From the human T2T-CHM13v2.0 reference genome, Homo sapiens: a stretch of 64,000 nt of DNA. Each line of letters opens with the position of its first letter. The first letter of the stretch is position 1. Under the pieces are notes generated by a model. That model was not told the origin of the DNA. It searched no databases and saw only the letters and a program-made list of their open reading frames with translations. Position numbers and translations under genes: made by a program. Below, piece by piece: positions 12,557 to 28,770 of this stretch. Where the stretch lies: NCBI RefSeq assembly GCF_009914755.1, contig NC_060941.1. One strand, written 5' to 3'.

Positions 12557-14134
12557 TTAAATACCTTTATTTTCATAAGGATTAGAAAAAGCCCCAATTA
12601 GAAGGTCAAACCAGTGATTTCATGGATATAGTTCCTTGGGATGGTAGTGAAATAAAGTTTCCTTTTAAGTAAATTTAAAGTTCAAAGTGAGCTAACAAAA
12701 ACGTATATTGCATTAGTACAGTACAAAAGGTTTCCTGATATGATGGTAATTCGTGAAATAGACCCTGACTGAGTGAGACTGGGAACACTGGGGCCATCTT
12801 CCTGAGGGCCCAGTCCCTGTCTTTGAGGTACTTGTGGCAACCCACAGTGGCCAGAAGTGTGGCTAAAGGAGAGTGGCCTGAATAATGCCTCCATGAGAAG
12901 GCTGGGGGTTCCCTGGGCGCTGGAGAAATAGCTCCAACCAAAGTCAGAGGGTTGCCTCCCATAACCCCTGACCTTCCTCCTCCTCCACTCACCCTCACCA
13001 CCAGCCAGAGGTCTGCAGCCCATTGGGTACAAGTGAGAAGGAGGGGACCCTCTGAGGCCAAGAGCCTTTCCTTTGCCCAGGCCTTGTGGATTCTGCCGTG
13101 GCCTTGCTGCTGGAATCCAGCTCCACAGTTCAGGCCTAGTCCTGCCTGAGCCAGAAGGACCCCTGCCCCTTATGCCAGAGATCCAGGCTCCTCTGCCCTC
13201 CTAGGGCTCAGGACAACATTGGGACAGGTCTCCAATTATCATCTCCCAGCTGCTTCCTTCCTGGAGCCAAAAGAGCTCCTCATCCCCTCTCTTACCCCCT
13301 CCTCATGCCAGCACCTCCTTCCCTACCTCCTGGGGGATCTCAGTGTGTCTGGGGTGGAGCAAACAGTGTACCAGCCTGAGATGAGTGGTGACTGTGGAGT
13401 GGGAGGGTCCCCAGGTCACCCAGTTCTCCCAGGCAGATTATGGCAGGGAGAGGTCCCAGCTCCCAGCTGCTGGAGCAGGCAGAGGGTAGGGCATGGAGCT
13501 CACAACTGCACTATATGACTGCAGTCCCACAAATCTCACAGTTGGCAGTGGGGAGGGGCTGCTGAGCAGCCTGCACAGACAGGGAAGCAGGGACTACCCC
13601 TCACTGCCTCCTCCAGGCCGTCGCTCAGCCCTCAGGTGCTCTGGCATTGGGGCTATTGGGGTGAGGCGGGCAGGAGCTAGATACTAAGGGGTGGCAGAGA
13701 GAGGGGAGGGGGCAGGAGAGATGATCTGCTCTCTCTGAGGGGCGGTGGCAAGGAGGAGCTTTGATGTGAAAAGCTTTAGAATCTGTTTAAGAACCTTTGA
13801 GATCCTTGGCTTTTATATAACAAAAAAGTAAGCTGAGGCTCGGGGAGAAGGGAACGCCTGGGTAGCCTAGCTGTCCTGGCTTCCTACTTTGTACAGATTT
13901 AACTTCTTTCTGCAGGGCCCCAGCTGAGCTGGGAGGATGAACCTGGGCTTCTGGTTGAGGGTGGGGGAGCATCCTGTCCTTAGGAGAGGGAAGCCAGTGA
14001 CCAGCCTCCTGGGGGGGCTCTGAAGATTCAGGCATGATTTTAACTCCTTCAGCAGGCCAGGCACTTGAAATCAGAACACTGGGAGAGAAAAACCCAGGCC
14101 AGAGACACCCTGGGTGTCTTAGCAACTTTTCTGA

Positions 14135-14500
<366 letters not shown>

Positions 14501-14569
14501 TGAGCCTAAGAACCTAATTTGTAAAATGGGGATGTTAACGTCTAAACTCTGCCTTTGGGCACTAAGTGA

Positions 14570-15281
<712 letters not shown>

Positions 15282-15601
15282 CTAGGATACCCTGGTGGAG
15301 GGGCGTTGGGCCTGAAGGTTCCCCCCAACCCAGGGATGGGGTTGGGGAAACCAGAGACATAAGGGAGGGGGCTCAGGGCTTCTCTTTTCTCCAAGGAACC
15401 TCAGTGTGCAAGGCTGACTATATTTTTTGAGTCCGAGATTCAAGCCACAGGGAAGATGCCAAGAACTGGCGAAATCCAGAATCCGAATGAGGGGAAGGGC
15501 AGGGTGAGGAAGGCGGGTTCTGCCACCCTCAGCTCAGCCTGCCCCGCCTGGGAAACGCGGAAGGTGAAAGTGGCCTGAGGCTGGGGTGGCCGGGAAGTGG
15601 C

Positions 15602-15620
15602 GGGCGCCCCCCAGTGGCCG
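15602..15620 (-). promoter_or_regulatory. Candidate CTCF site
   Basis: Minus strand CGGCCACTGGGGGGCGCCC versus consensus TGGCCACCAGGGGGCGCTA, inside a small CpG-retaining patch (15500-15670). Confidence 0.6.
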
Positions 15621-18600
15621 GCTAGGAGGACGGCACAGGTGCTTGGGAAGAGTGACGTTGTCATTTGTCCGAACAATTCCAAATTCTACGTTTATTTATC
15701 AGCCTCATTTATTTTTATCCTCCACCACATTCTTTTACATGAGATCACTGTAACTGATTATGAGAATTAAGATCCCAACATCTTAGTGACACCATCTCAT
15801 AAGCCACCAAGCCGGTCCCCAACTGGCATCTTTACCCCGGATGTAACCCTCTACTCTGTCCTCTGGCTGCCCCTGGGCAACATTCACACATGATGTCATC
15901 TGCAAAGGAGGAGAACGGGGAGAGGAGAGGAGAGGGAGGGAGAAGGAAGGAGAGAGGCAAATGGACAAAGTAGAGGAAGAACGAAGCCACCAGCTCAGGA
16001 AAGGGAGAAGAGAACTCTCTGGGGCCCCTGATGTGAGTCCTCCCCAGCCCCAAACTCAAGATCTGGAAATCAGGTCCCTGTAACCCTCTCTGTGGAGATA
16101 AGGAGGCTGGACAAAACCCCTCCCTTGGGGACCTGAGAGGCTGTCACATGTGTGCCCCGACCCACTGCCTGGGCAGGGGTAGGAGCTGGGTTATAGCCCT
16201 GGCAGGAAGCGAGGGCAGGAGGCACTCAGGGTGAAGACACCAACTCACAAGCCCACAGGACATGGGGCTAGGCAGGGCAGCAGGAGAGGAGCATGGAGAC
16301 AGCTGGAAGGGTGGAGGACCTGCCTGCCTTAGGCCACACCCACACACACACACAAACACACAGCATGAGGCTCCCCCAGTCCCTCCTCTGCAGCCAATGC
16401 TACAGGAGCCCAAGTCAGCCAGGAGGAGCCCCGAGGCACTGCCACCTTCGATTGTGCATGATGACTCCATCCTGCTGGGTGCCTGCTGCAGTCGGGAAGC
16501 ACACGGTGTGCTTGGAGGTTGGAGGCCAGAGGACAAAGGTCAACCGGGACCAGATATGTATCAAACTAGGCAGAGGCTCTGGGAACCCGAATTAGGAGAG
16601 GGGATCCTTTGCTTCCCCTGCTAGTGAAGGAATCGGCCTCCCTGTCCCTGGGTGCCCCTGGCTCTGCCTTCCTTGTGTGCCCATACTCCTCAGTTTCTGC
16701 TGGCTGGCTGTGGGTCCTTGGATCAGAAGCCCATCTGTGTCTGTTTTCTAAAACCATCTTTTCCGCCCCATACCACAGCAACCAAAGTCATTTTCCGGGC
16801 AATTGCCTTTCTGTAAACATTCCTGTGTAATATCCCCCCAAATTGCTAATACCCAGCGCCCTGTTGAGTCTCCCTGTCACTCCAACTAAAGCCTCGGAGA
16901 TGAGGGCGTGTGATGGGGGAAGGGCGATGGGGGGAAGGAGGCAGCTGGACTGAGGATTGGAGACAGGGGGCTCCTGCCTAGCTCCTGGCACAGAGCGGGG
17001 GCCAGAAACTCTGCACCTCCCCACGGTGATCCCCACTCCCTGCCAGCCCAGCCCCACCCCCTGAATGTCAGGCTCCACTTCAGGAGAGTCTGCCTGGACT
17101 AGGAGGGAAGACAGAGAGGAAGTGGGAAGGGAGCCCACTGGACAGAAGGCCTGAGACAGGGCCTGGGAGGAGAAGGAGCTGAGTTGAAGGCATGGAGGAG
17201 ATGGCTAGAAAATAAAGACTCCTGGTGACTAGGGCAGGGCACTAGGGACATGGGGCAAGGCCAGGCAAGTTGTCTTCAAGGAATGCCAGCTCCCCTCCCC
17301 ACCAAGGGTGACAAGGAGGACAGAGAAGAGGGTCGAGGCCAGGGAGGATCGAGGCCATCCCCCCAGCGTGGGCCCTGCCCACTCCCTGGGCACTGTAGTG
17401 GATGGGGGCGGGGGGAGATGGACAAGGCAAGAGGTGTCAGGTGGTTCTTGGCAGGTGATACACCTGTTGTCCCCTCCTCCACCTCCCAGCCCTGATCTAT
17501 AAAGCCACCATGGAGAAGGGTCTGGAGCAGGCTGATTCTCCTCATCATACAGCAAGGGAAACTGAGGCTCAGGGAGGTCGAGTGATCTAATCTGAGTCAC
17601 CACATGGACTCCCTTCCCCAGGGGTGGGGGTAAGAAGGGGGACTAGGACTGTGGCCTATGACCCTGTGGTCTCTTCCATCCCCCTGCCCAGGGAATACTG
17701 CCACCCCCTTCCCAAGCTCCACAGAAGCTGGGCATCCAATGGGATGGGGGATGATGGAGCCCTGGAGGGAGCTGGGAGCAGAGGTGATGCAAAGGGCAGC
17801 TAGGGAGGGTGCAGGGCACTGCCAGTCACAGCTTTGTGTAGGCAGAAAAACACAAACCAATTTGTGCAGATTTAAAACCCACTGAAGGCCACTTAGTTGG
17901 TAAACGAGTCAGAATCTAATTAAAGGACCTCTTCGAGGCTGGGGGAAGGCACTGACACCTGCCTAGGAGGAGCGGTGAGGCTGGGGGCCTGGGCCCTGGC
18001 TGCTACTGGTGGAGCTGCTGGGGCTTTCCATGGGGAGAGCAGATTTGAGGGGGTCAAGCTCCCTGCGGGTGGGCACCCGGGGAGGGGGGCGGGCATCAGA
18101 TGCTTCCCCAGCCCAGCTCTTCCTCCTCGCCCATCCCAGGCTGACTGTGTCCACTTGCACAGACCTGGGCACTCCCAGGGCAGGACCCTCACCTCCTCCC
18201 TCAGACTGGGGCCTCCCTTATGGCAGAAGGGCCATTCCACCCAGAAGGGCAGAATTGGGTGGGGTGAGGAGGCCCACCCACCACATCAGGAGTGGGGTGG
18301 GGTCCTGGGGACTCTCAAAGATCCCAGGCTTGGCCTCGGTGCCACCTCCACCAACTGCACTGGCTCTGCATGGCTATTGAGTCCTTGCTTCCTTCTGCTT
18401 GCAGCTGTCTCTCCCCCAGGGCCCCAGGCCACACAGCACAGCAGCTCTCAGACTCTGGTGGTGAGGTGGGGCCTCCCCTCAGCTCTCAGCTCTCGGGAAG
18501 AGGTGGCCCCCTCCTTACCCGTCCTGTGTCGGGAAACCACAGTGCTCTCTCTCCAGCCAGATGCCTTTCCTAGGCAGGAAACCAACACCCAGAGTACAAG

Positions 18601-20217
18601 CCTGACCCAATCTGCAGGAGCTGAAGGCAGAGCCCAAAGTGGAACCCAGGGGTCCTGGCCCTCAGGGACAAGGATTTTTCCATTCCACGATGCCACTTCC
18701 CAGAAAGCAGCTGCCTGGGGAGCCCCTCTCTAGGCCACGGGCCCCAGGAGGACACAGACTAACAACCTCCTTAGGAAGGATCAGCAGCAAGGCAGAAACA
18801 CCGCAGCAGCCCGGCCGACAGGGAGAAAAGCTGGGGTCCATGGCCCAGTGATGCCCCCAGCCCAGGGGGATGCTCACCACACAGAAATCAGGGTCCCCGC
18901 AGGGCATCCGAACTGCACATTCAGACAAGACTCCCCATCCTTGCAAAATGTGCAAATCAGCCCCGTGCCCAGAATTCCAGATATACAACCCTCTTTCTTC
19001 CCCCTGCCCCTCCTCTTTCACACACAGCAGGCAAATCTGTGACATTACCAAAAACCACTGCATCCACTGACTAGTTATGTGACCTTGAGTAGGTCAGGGG
19101 ATGCTCAGAGCTTCAGTCCTCTCATTTGCTTTAACAAAAAAAAAAAAAAGGAAGAAGAAGAAGAAGCAGAAGCTAATAACAGGCAACAGGCAACAGGCAA
19201 CAGGCATGCAGACTGCAGAGCCTGGGTGAGCAGAGTCAGTTTCTTCTGATCTACCCCGGAGCCCGATTTCCTTCCACCCACTGTCAGAGTTGTATCAGAC
19301 CCAGGACTGTGGGGTTGTGATTTTTGGCTTCTAATGAAGATCTGGCTAATTGGCTTCCCTGGGAAGGAAGGGGGCAGAGATATGGAGGGCAGCATGTCAC
19401 CCCCAGTCTGAAGCTGGAGCTGGAAATGCTGAGAACAGCCCTGGCATGTGCCCACGCGGCACTATGTTAACCAGCTAACTCCTGTGTGGCAGCTCCACTG
19501 CTCACGCGCCCAGGGAAGGTGTCCTGTCAGCTCCACATCTCCTTGGAGAGGCAGCCGAGGGGAACACAGGCCGAGCGGGAGGGGAGGAGGGAACACTGGA
19601 GGGTGGGAAGGGAGGAAGGCCGGTGCCTGTCCTCAGCTCTGCCATCACTCTGAGGAGGCTGCCAGGGCGTCTTCTCCCCAGGGGGCACTCCAGCCTGAGT
19701 GCTGCGCCCCTCTGTGTGTGAAAGGGATCTTTCCTCCCTCCCTGCAGCTGCCTCAGGCTGAAAGCGTGCCCAGGGGGAAGCATATTGTTTCCAGGGGAAG
19801 AGACTCCAATCTGTTGGAAGTGAGTGGTGGAAGCCCCACCCACCATCCTGCCTCCCCACAGGGAAGCATTTTCAACACCAAGTACTCATCAACGGGCTCA
19901 TCAATATTGGGCAGGAGACCCAGCCTTGCCAAGATGCCCTTGATATCCTCCTCAGAGACACCACCTTTCATGGGGACAGGCTCTCCCTAGGAGGCCTTGT
20001 CCCAGCCCTATGACCTAGTAGCACTCAGACAGCTCCCTCGGCCGCTAGAACCAGCAGGATTCCTCCGGGTTCCCAGCACACACTCAGTCGCCCAGGCACA
20101 CACATCTGCTCACTCATGCTTCTACGTCAAACCTGTGCACCTCGGCATGCGCCTGGCTGCCCAGTACTTGCTCACTGACATGGGCCCAGTCACAGCCTGC
20201 CTCACCAGCACTCTCCA

Positions 20218-20292
20218 CCTGACCTCAGGTGATCCACCTGCCTCGGCCTCCCAAAGTGCTGGGCTTACAGGCGTGAGCCACCGTGCCCAGCC
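20218..20292 (-). mobile_element. Alu 5'-end fragment (part of a local duplication)
   Basis: Only the first ~75 nt of an Alu, carrying the same flank as the Alu at 21325-21612. Confidence 0.88.
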
Positions 20293-21318
20293 ATGATAAC
20301 CACTCTTGAACACCCACACGTATTCATGACAGTCTACATGCAGGGGTCTACATACCTGGGCCCACCAGGGTGCCCCACTCTGCCACCTTAGATGCCACGC
20401 AGACAGGGAGAATGTCATGCCAGTCCACGCAGCTCATGCAGGGCATCTGGGGCTCGCTAAAGCGCCAGGTGGATGCATCTCCAGCTTGGGGTGAAAGACA
20501 GTGGGGACTTGCCCATCCTGAGTCCCTCATGGAGGCGACATCTTCAGCTCCTTTTCCACTTTGCCAGGTTCGGGGCTCCCTTGCTGAGGTGTTTACACAA
20601 TGTCTTAAAATACAGGAGTCAGCCCAGTAACCTCAAGGCCACCTACTCTGACCAATGCTTAGCCAATGGGGCGATGTTCATGAGTGAGACCCTCCTCTGG
20701 GACCTGGTTGCCTCCAGCCCTCATTCCACCTCTGTAGGTGCTCAGCGCCTCCACCAGGGCGAGGGGGCCGGAGAGCCTCTGCCCAGCTTCCAGCTCTGCT
20801 GATGGGGAAGGACAGGGCTGCTGGGACCCAAGGCTTAGCTCTCACCTCATGGGTTAATTTCTCTGCCACCCTGCAAGCTAGCTAAGAACAAACAGCCGAA
20901 TCTGCAGCCCATGATTCTCTCTCCCTAGGGACACCCTGTTAGTATCCCGAGAGACTCTGGAGGATGGGGCGAGGGCAGCCCGGAGTTCACAGTTTGGAAA
21001 AGGCAGGAGACTTGGCAAGTCGGCTTGGCCTCTGGGTCAGGCAGTCTTTGGAAGCCAGGGCCTGGTCAGATAGCAGGGGCATCTTGTGGAAGTTCTCTTT
21101 GTTGTCTAACCTGAGCTCTCCCATCAGAGCAGCATCTGGGAATGTGGAGCACAGGCTTCAAGGCAAGGAAAAATAAACTGTCTCCCCTTCTGCGAAAGAC
21201 ACAAAGACTCCCACCCTCCCTTCTCCAATCCACACATCCATCTTGAGTGACGAGGGTTAAACCCAGCATCGGGCTTTCTGGAAGCTGTGGGAAATATGGA
21301 CCAGCCATGAAATGATAA

Positions 21319-21613
<295 letters not shown>

Positions 21614-24600
21614 TGATAACCACCCTTGAACACCCACACATATTCATGATGATCTCAAAGGGCTCGTGCAGCCATCATTCTCTTCATTCTCACAGTCACC
21701 TTGTGAGGTTGCAAACCCCCTATTTTACAGGTGAAGAAACTGAGGCTCAGGAAGGAGTGACTTGTCCAAGGTCAGAGTTGATAAGTGGAAGAGGCTGATC
21801 TCAACTGCCGGGGTGCTTAGCCCATTAGCCCATGTCCTTCTTCTTTCCCCTACACTCTGTTGCCCCTGAGGAAGATGCTGATTCTGCCACCAGGTCATCT
21901 GTGAGTACTCATCTAAGCCATTAGGCCAGAGCCCCACAGGTCCCCTCTGTCCTTCCTACACCCTAAGAAGAGAACGCTGAAACAACCCTCCTTCCCAGCT
22001 AATCTTGGGCGCCATCCACCCAGTCCTCTTGGGGGGGCCTATTCCCCAGGGCTGGAGGAGAGGGAGGAAGCAGAGCCACCCCCAGATCACAGAAACTTAG
22101 GCTGGAAGTGGGGGTCCCACAGTCCTGAAAGACCTTCTAGGGGATCCACCTTTCCACAGCCCTACTCGTAGCCTTCTTGTACCTATGCTGGATACGAAGC
22201 CCTCCCAGCCCCTGCCACAGGCTGTGCAGAGACAGAACTGCAAATCAGGAGCTCCAGCCAGTCAGGTCTTAGATACTTCCAGGAAAGGAGAACTCATTAC
22301 ATCCAAAGCACCAATCATCTTGTGGGGTTTCTCCTTCCTTAACATGAGCCACAGTCTGTGCCCATGGCCCTCAGGGGAACCTGGGGGAAGGTCATGACCT
22401 CTCCCTTTGGAGCAGAGTGGAGGCTCCTGAACCGGAACCTTCTGTCATAAGCCCTCAGGTCCTTCCTGTGTGGCCCAGCCCCCCAGCCATCTGCACCACC
22501 CTTTGTTGGGTAATCCCCATGTCACCACCCCTCTTGGCTGCTGGCCTTCAGAACTGCTCTAATGGTCCAGATGAGGTATGAGCAGCACAGGTGACTCCTC
22601 TCTGCTTCTGTTACTAAAGTGCCTTCGCTAGTGCCCCTCCTGCCCACACAGCACATGTGCCAGGAAAAACAAATGCTCAGGGCCTAAGAGCGCTGTTCCA
22701 GGGCCAGAACATACCTTCCTTGCCTCCTGCTCCTAACGCTCAGGCCTCCCCCAGCCTCAGACCTCAGGGGGCCAGCCTGACTCCTCCTGCCTGGAAGGGG
22801 TGAAGTTCCTGGCCCAGTCAGCTGAAACTGCTCCTTCCAGTCACTTCCATTTGCTTTCTGGTGCCTGGCCTTGCTAATGTCACTTAAGGGGTCTGGTCTG
22901 AATCTTAGCACCTCCCAGCAACTATGCCCCTCAGAGCCCCAGCTCCAGACACCAAAGGGTGTGCCCAGGAGTCTGAGTGGGCAGCCCGCTCTGCCTGGAA
23001 TTCTCTGGCTAGTGGCCTGAGGCCCAGGATGCCCCTGTCTGGCAGCCAGTCACTGTGAGAAGTGGAAAACCACAAGCCCACATGATAATATCTGAGGCAT
23101 ATTAACCACACAGTGCTTCCTCCTTGCTAACCTACTTCCTCCTCCCTGCCCTGCTGCCAGAGGGCCCCAGGCTTGGAAGGAGAGGCTCCCCCACCCTCAG
23201 CTGCTTCCCTGCAAGTGCCCCGTGTCTGCATCCCATGCTTGCGCAGTGGCTAATTCTGGTGTCTCATCAGACAGTAATTATGGGGGAATCAGCAGTGCCG
23301 TCATCTCTGCAGCTCGGCACCTGTCACCACGCCGCCATCCCCAGGCTGCTGGGATGGGATCGGAAGCTGAGGGAGGAGGGCTGTGCTGGGGTGAGGGGCA
23401 TCTGCACCCTTCCAGCCTCTGCAGCCCTCACTTCCCTGCCCTGCCTCCCCAAGGTGAGCAGTGCACCTCAACCAGGTGGTCACCAGCCACACAAGTGCTC
23501 CCTGTTACCCGGGACAGGTACTGAAAGCAGGTGCCATGTGTCCCATGTATGCATCCCCATGACCAAACAGAACAGGCAGAAGGACACAGCAAGCCAAGGC
23601 TCAAATCTCACCTTGGCCACTTCCCATATGTGTGACCTTGAACAAATCATTTCAGTCCTCCAGGCCTCAGTTTCCCCAATGGCAAAATGGAAAAAATAGT
23701 GCCTCCCTTGTGAAGATGGGAAGAAATAAGGTGTGTAAAGTATCTAGCACAGTGCCTGGCACATGTGTCATCATGTAGTCATTCAACAAACAATTCATAC
23801 ACAGCTACTTTAATGTGTTAGGCAATGTGGGGATGCCAAGATGAATGAGATGATTTAGCAAGGATCACACTGTGGCTACACTGAAGCACAGGCTTTTTTT
23901 GTTGGGGGGGTTGGGGGGCTGGTGGTGTTTGGTTTTATTTCTTTGAATTTTAATACCTCTAAGGAGCACAGGAAGTGAGGTAAGGAAGGGAGGGCTGCAG
24001 AGGCTGCAAGGCACCCCTCTCCTCACCACAGCCCCCACCATTCCCTATCATCCTCATGCATCGCTTCCCTCATTTGCTGTCCCTGAAGGTACTGAGTTTG
24101 CTGCCCCCACAAGCAAAAGTAGGCTAGTGGGCTTAGTTATGTCCAGAACTGGTGATTGTTCAAGAAAGGTTACATTAGGAGCCACCAGAGGTTTGACAGT
24201 GCTCTGGGAGATCGGAGGGGCGAGCCCAGAGGCGGTTGTTGGGGAAGGGCATTTCAGGGAGGAGCAGGAATGGGAGGTGATGAAGAGGAGCTGAGCCACA
24301 GAGGCAAAGGCCCACAGGGAAGAGGCCAGACCCAAGGTGAGCTGCTGGGGCCCCCACCTGGCTGCAGCACGGACTCCTCAGGAGGAACAGGGTTGGGGAG
24401 GAAGGTGATGAATCTCAGTGTGAATTCTCCATGGCGCTGGGCCACAGAGGAGCCCTGCTGCCAGAGTGCAGAGAGTGAGGAAAAGGGGCACGAGGGAATG
24501 GGGCAAGACCCATACAAAGCTTCAGGTGAAGGCGGAGGGGAAGGGAGGGTGTAGGGCTGAGGCTGCCCTGCTAGAGACTGGGACTCTCTCTCTGACCTCA

Positions 24601-26202
24601 GGCATGCTACTTAACCCCTCAGGTCTGTCGTCTCTTCCCCCACAAAACAGTCAGCAGCAGTGAGCTCACAGGACAGTTGTGAGGATGAAATGAACTAACA
24701 CTTGTACAATGCACAACCCAGCATCTGGCTCCCAGGAAGCACCCAATAAATACTGGCCATCAGTGTTTTCATTATTACCAGTGATGATTTTTTTTCTCAA
24801 AACTCAGCAATGACTAAATGAGCCCCATCCCCTGAAAGCCCACAGAGGGAGCACAGGTCTCTTCTAACCAAAACCAGAGTCAACAGTGAGGGGCTGACCC
24901 CGGTGTCCACTACCATGGTAGCCTCCTCCCGACTCCCACCCCCTACACCCTCACTAGGCATTGCAATACTCCTTCATAGCACTTTTCCAAAACCCATCCA
25001 CATCTTATTCCACTCTGGCTGGTAAAGCCAGGACGGGGCTGCTTCACCTTTTTACGGAGGCAGAAAGTAAGTCTTGTAAGGTACTGAGCTCCCCATCACT
25101 GGGGGTATTCCAGAAAAGGGTGGGTGAAAGAGAAGAACATTCAGGTCTCAGAGGCCCTTGCCCTGGCCCCCTCTGCCTGGTTCACTGCCCCTGAGCCCAC
25201 CCTGCAGGCTGAGCCTTGGCCCCTCTGCTGTTTGTGCAGGGAAGCGGGGGTAACTCACGCGAGCAAGGAGGGAAAGGGCTCCAATCTCAAGTCTCTCCGC
25301 GTTCTCCTGGCTTCTCCCGGCAGCAGCCAAGGATGGGGGAGGGAGGGGAGCAGTGTCGTTGCTCTTTTAGGAAAACGGTAATTTTAATTAAGAGGCAGAC
25401 AAATGAGCGCTCTGCAGATTGTCTCAGAGCAAAGTTATTAAAAAGCCATCAAGGCGGCGGCAGCCACGGTGGCAAGGAGAGCTGCCTCCCCCAGCTGCCC
25501 ACCCAGATTGTAGCTGAATAGCAGTTCAGAGAGCTGGAAAAGGGCTGGAGGACGTGGAACCTGAAAATAGCCCCTCTCCTAAGAAGGCAGGGCAGCATCC
25601 AGATAGTACCCAGGGTACAGCCTGCCCAACCCTGGGCAGCAGGTGGGGACGCAAAGGGCACCTGCAATTAGGCAGCCCCTGCTGTGGGCCAAGTCTGGGC
25701 CCATCACTACTTTTTCTTTACTCTTCTCAACAATGCTGCCTGGGAGGTGTTCTTGTACCACTTTACAGGCACAAACACTGAGGCTCAGAGAGGGAAAGTG
25801 GCTCGTCCAGGCTCACACAGCTAGGAAATGGCTGAAGTGGGGGTTTGAACCCAGGGCAGGCTGACTCTCAAGTCCAATGCTCCAGGCTGCTGGTCCTGGG
25901 CCCAGATTTTGGGGGGCGGCTTCCCCTGCCCATACACCCTCCTCCAGCCGGGCTGTTTGATGTCCTCTGAAACAGCCTCAGGAGCAGCCTAATGATGTTG
26001 CCCTTAGCCATCAAGGTCACTAGGGACTTGGAGGCCAAGTAACTGCTTGCTTGGCAGGGGCACATTATGAGAGGACACTCTACAGGGACATAAAGTTACA
26101 AAACAGCTTCCAGCAGGGGGAACAGGGGCAGATAGACAGAGGACAGGCCCCCACAGCCAGGATATCTTCCAACTCTTCAACCTCTACTTGCTCAACACTT
26201 AA

Positions 26203-26592
<390 letters not shown>

Positions 26593-28544
26593 TTCAATAA
26601 GTCTTTATTGAATAAATGGATGAATAGATAAACAAGCAAACAATTGAATAAATGAAACGAGATCACAAGTTTGCATGTGACTGTAAGCTAAACAAAATGG
26701 TCCCATCTTCTCCCATCCCCCACCCTCTGGGCATCACTGGAACATGGGCTTCCCCCCATAAGAGGTGCCCCTTGCTCCTGACCCCTCTCCCCAGGCCACA
26801 AGCCCCCTCAGCAGAGGATTCCCGCCTCTTCTCTTCACCCCAGCCCTAGCTTACATGGCGGCTTTGCAGCCTGCACACACATGTACATGCACGCGTGCTT
26901 GTACACGCACACTCACTGACATGCACACACGTGCACATACAGACATGTTCTCTACCAGCCAAAGTGCCCCCCCCAGAGTCAGGTATCTGCTGCCCCCTCC
27001 CCTGGCAAAGGCTGGGCCCACCAGGGATAGCCCCCTCTCCGTTTCTGGCCCTCCAGGCTGGGGAGGAGCATCTGACTACGGAGAGCTGGAGAGCTGGCAG
27101 GAGGAGGAATCGTGGGGGGCCTCCCTCCTCCTGGCTTACTAACCTGGAGACTTTAAACAGAGGGAACAGAGTCCTGGAGGCTTCCCTCCCGCCGCACGCT
27201 GGAGCCCTGGGTGAGGGACAGGAAAGGAGGAAAGTCGTGAATGAATGCCCAGAAAGGCCCGGCTGCAGAGGAGCTGGAGAGAGGAGGGGGCCGGGGCAGG
27301 GGCTCCCAAAGTGGGCTAGGTCAGGGGCAGGGCCATGGGCCATGGGGTTGGGGGAGGTGAAGCAGGTACAGAGCAAGGCAGAGCCTTAGGAGCTCTCCCT
27401 TTGGGGCCCCCCAGGGCAGACAGGATAGAGATTGGGTGTCATAGGAAGAGCAGGGACTGAGGGGGTAGAGACACTGGTGGGAGACAGACAGGGGGACAAA
27501 CAGCAGGACAACACAGAAAACATGGGGTCCCCAGAACTGGGTTCCCAGGACAGACAGCCAACAAGCCATGCCTGGTTCTCCACCCAGAAACAGGGGCAGA
27601 CACTTTACTGAGGTGCCCAACCTAGACCCCAAATGATAGCCCGCCTGCCTCCTTCATGCCAGGTTATGCCATTCTGGAAGGTTGATGGGTTCAGGGTCAG
27701 AGAGGCTTGCCATCATTCCCCTGGTGACAACCCTCTCCCCAGCCTACGAGACCCCCATCTGCTCCACTCCCCACTAACCCTGAGAATGCCCAGCTTCCCC
27801 TGCCTGTGTTAGAGGAGACAGGCATTCCCCACCCAAAAGGCACTCATAGGTTCACACTGTGCTAGGAGCACAGACCTGCCTGAAGTCCTTCACCTAGCTA
27901 CTGCCTCCACACCCCCAACCCTCAACCTGCCATGGCAGGGTCCCCTACAGCTGTCCACCATGCCCCACCCTTTAGAAAGGTTAGAAGTCCTTTCTAAACC
28001 TACTCCACCTCCCTCATGCTGCAATACCTATTAGCCTTTTACCCTGGGGCATGCAGCAGTTAAGACCCTTCCTGCCGGGAGACACTGTGGCCAGCACCCA
28101 CTCAGGCACAGCCCTCCCTGGGCTGGCTCAGACCCATCCATACCCACAACACGTCTGGCTACAAGCATTCTCAGAGCCCCCTGCCAATCTCATGGTTCCA
28201 ATTTTCCCACCGATTACCTAAAACATCGACATCCCAGGGAGAAACAGCTGTTGGGACACGGACTGGGAGAAAATATTAAGAATGCTCATTGATGTGTCTA
28301 GCCCCAGAGAACTTCCTGGATGAGGCAGTGGGAGGCACAAAAGTGAAGGCTTAGGAGCTCCAGCTTCCTTCTTACCACCAGCCCTAAGTGGCAGCTCCAG
28401 GGGCCCAGCCCCAGACAGGCTGAGGTGAGGATCTGGGTTTTCAAAAAATCTAAAGAGGTTTCTTATGTATGCCCTTTTCTCAGTGGAGAGTGGGCCCCAT
28501 TCAATCATTCAGTCAGACAGAGGAAGAGGAGGAAGATAAAGATA

Positions 28545-28770
28545 TGACTATTTATTGAATGTCTACTATGTGCCAGGAACTCTGCCTAAATTACCTCATA
28601 TAATCCTACTACCCACTCTGTGAGGAAGCCAGTGTTAATGCTCTTGATCTACAGAGACAGAAACTGAGCTTCAGAAAGGTGAAGCAACTTGCCCCAAACC
28701 ACACAGCAAATGACTGTCAGGGCTGCGATTGCAGCCCAGAGCTGTCTGACTGTAGACCCTAAGCTCTTGA
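28545..28770. mobile_element. MIR SINE (representative; similar fragments near 11555, 17550, 21670, 23600, 24600, 25740)
   Basis: tttattgaatgtctactatgtgccagg ... acagagacagaaactgagcttcagaaaggtgaagcaacttgcccc MIR core. Confidence 0.75.

Noticed and set aside
19753-19971. Protein-like ORF MKGGVSEEDIKGILARLGLLPNIDEPVDEYLVLKML (possible pseudogene or cryptic exon)
   Set aside because: No family recognised, and no poly(A), TSD or convincing splice sites; a TBLASTN/BLASTP hit would be needed to revive it.
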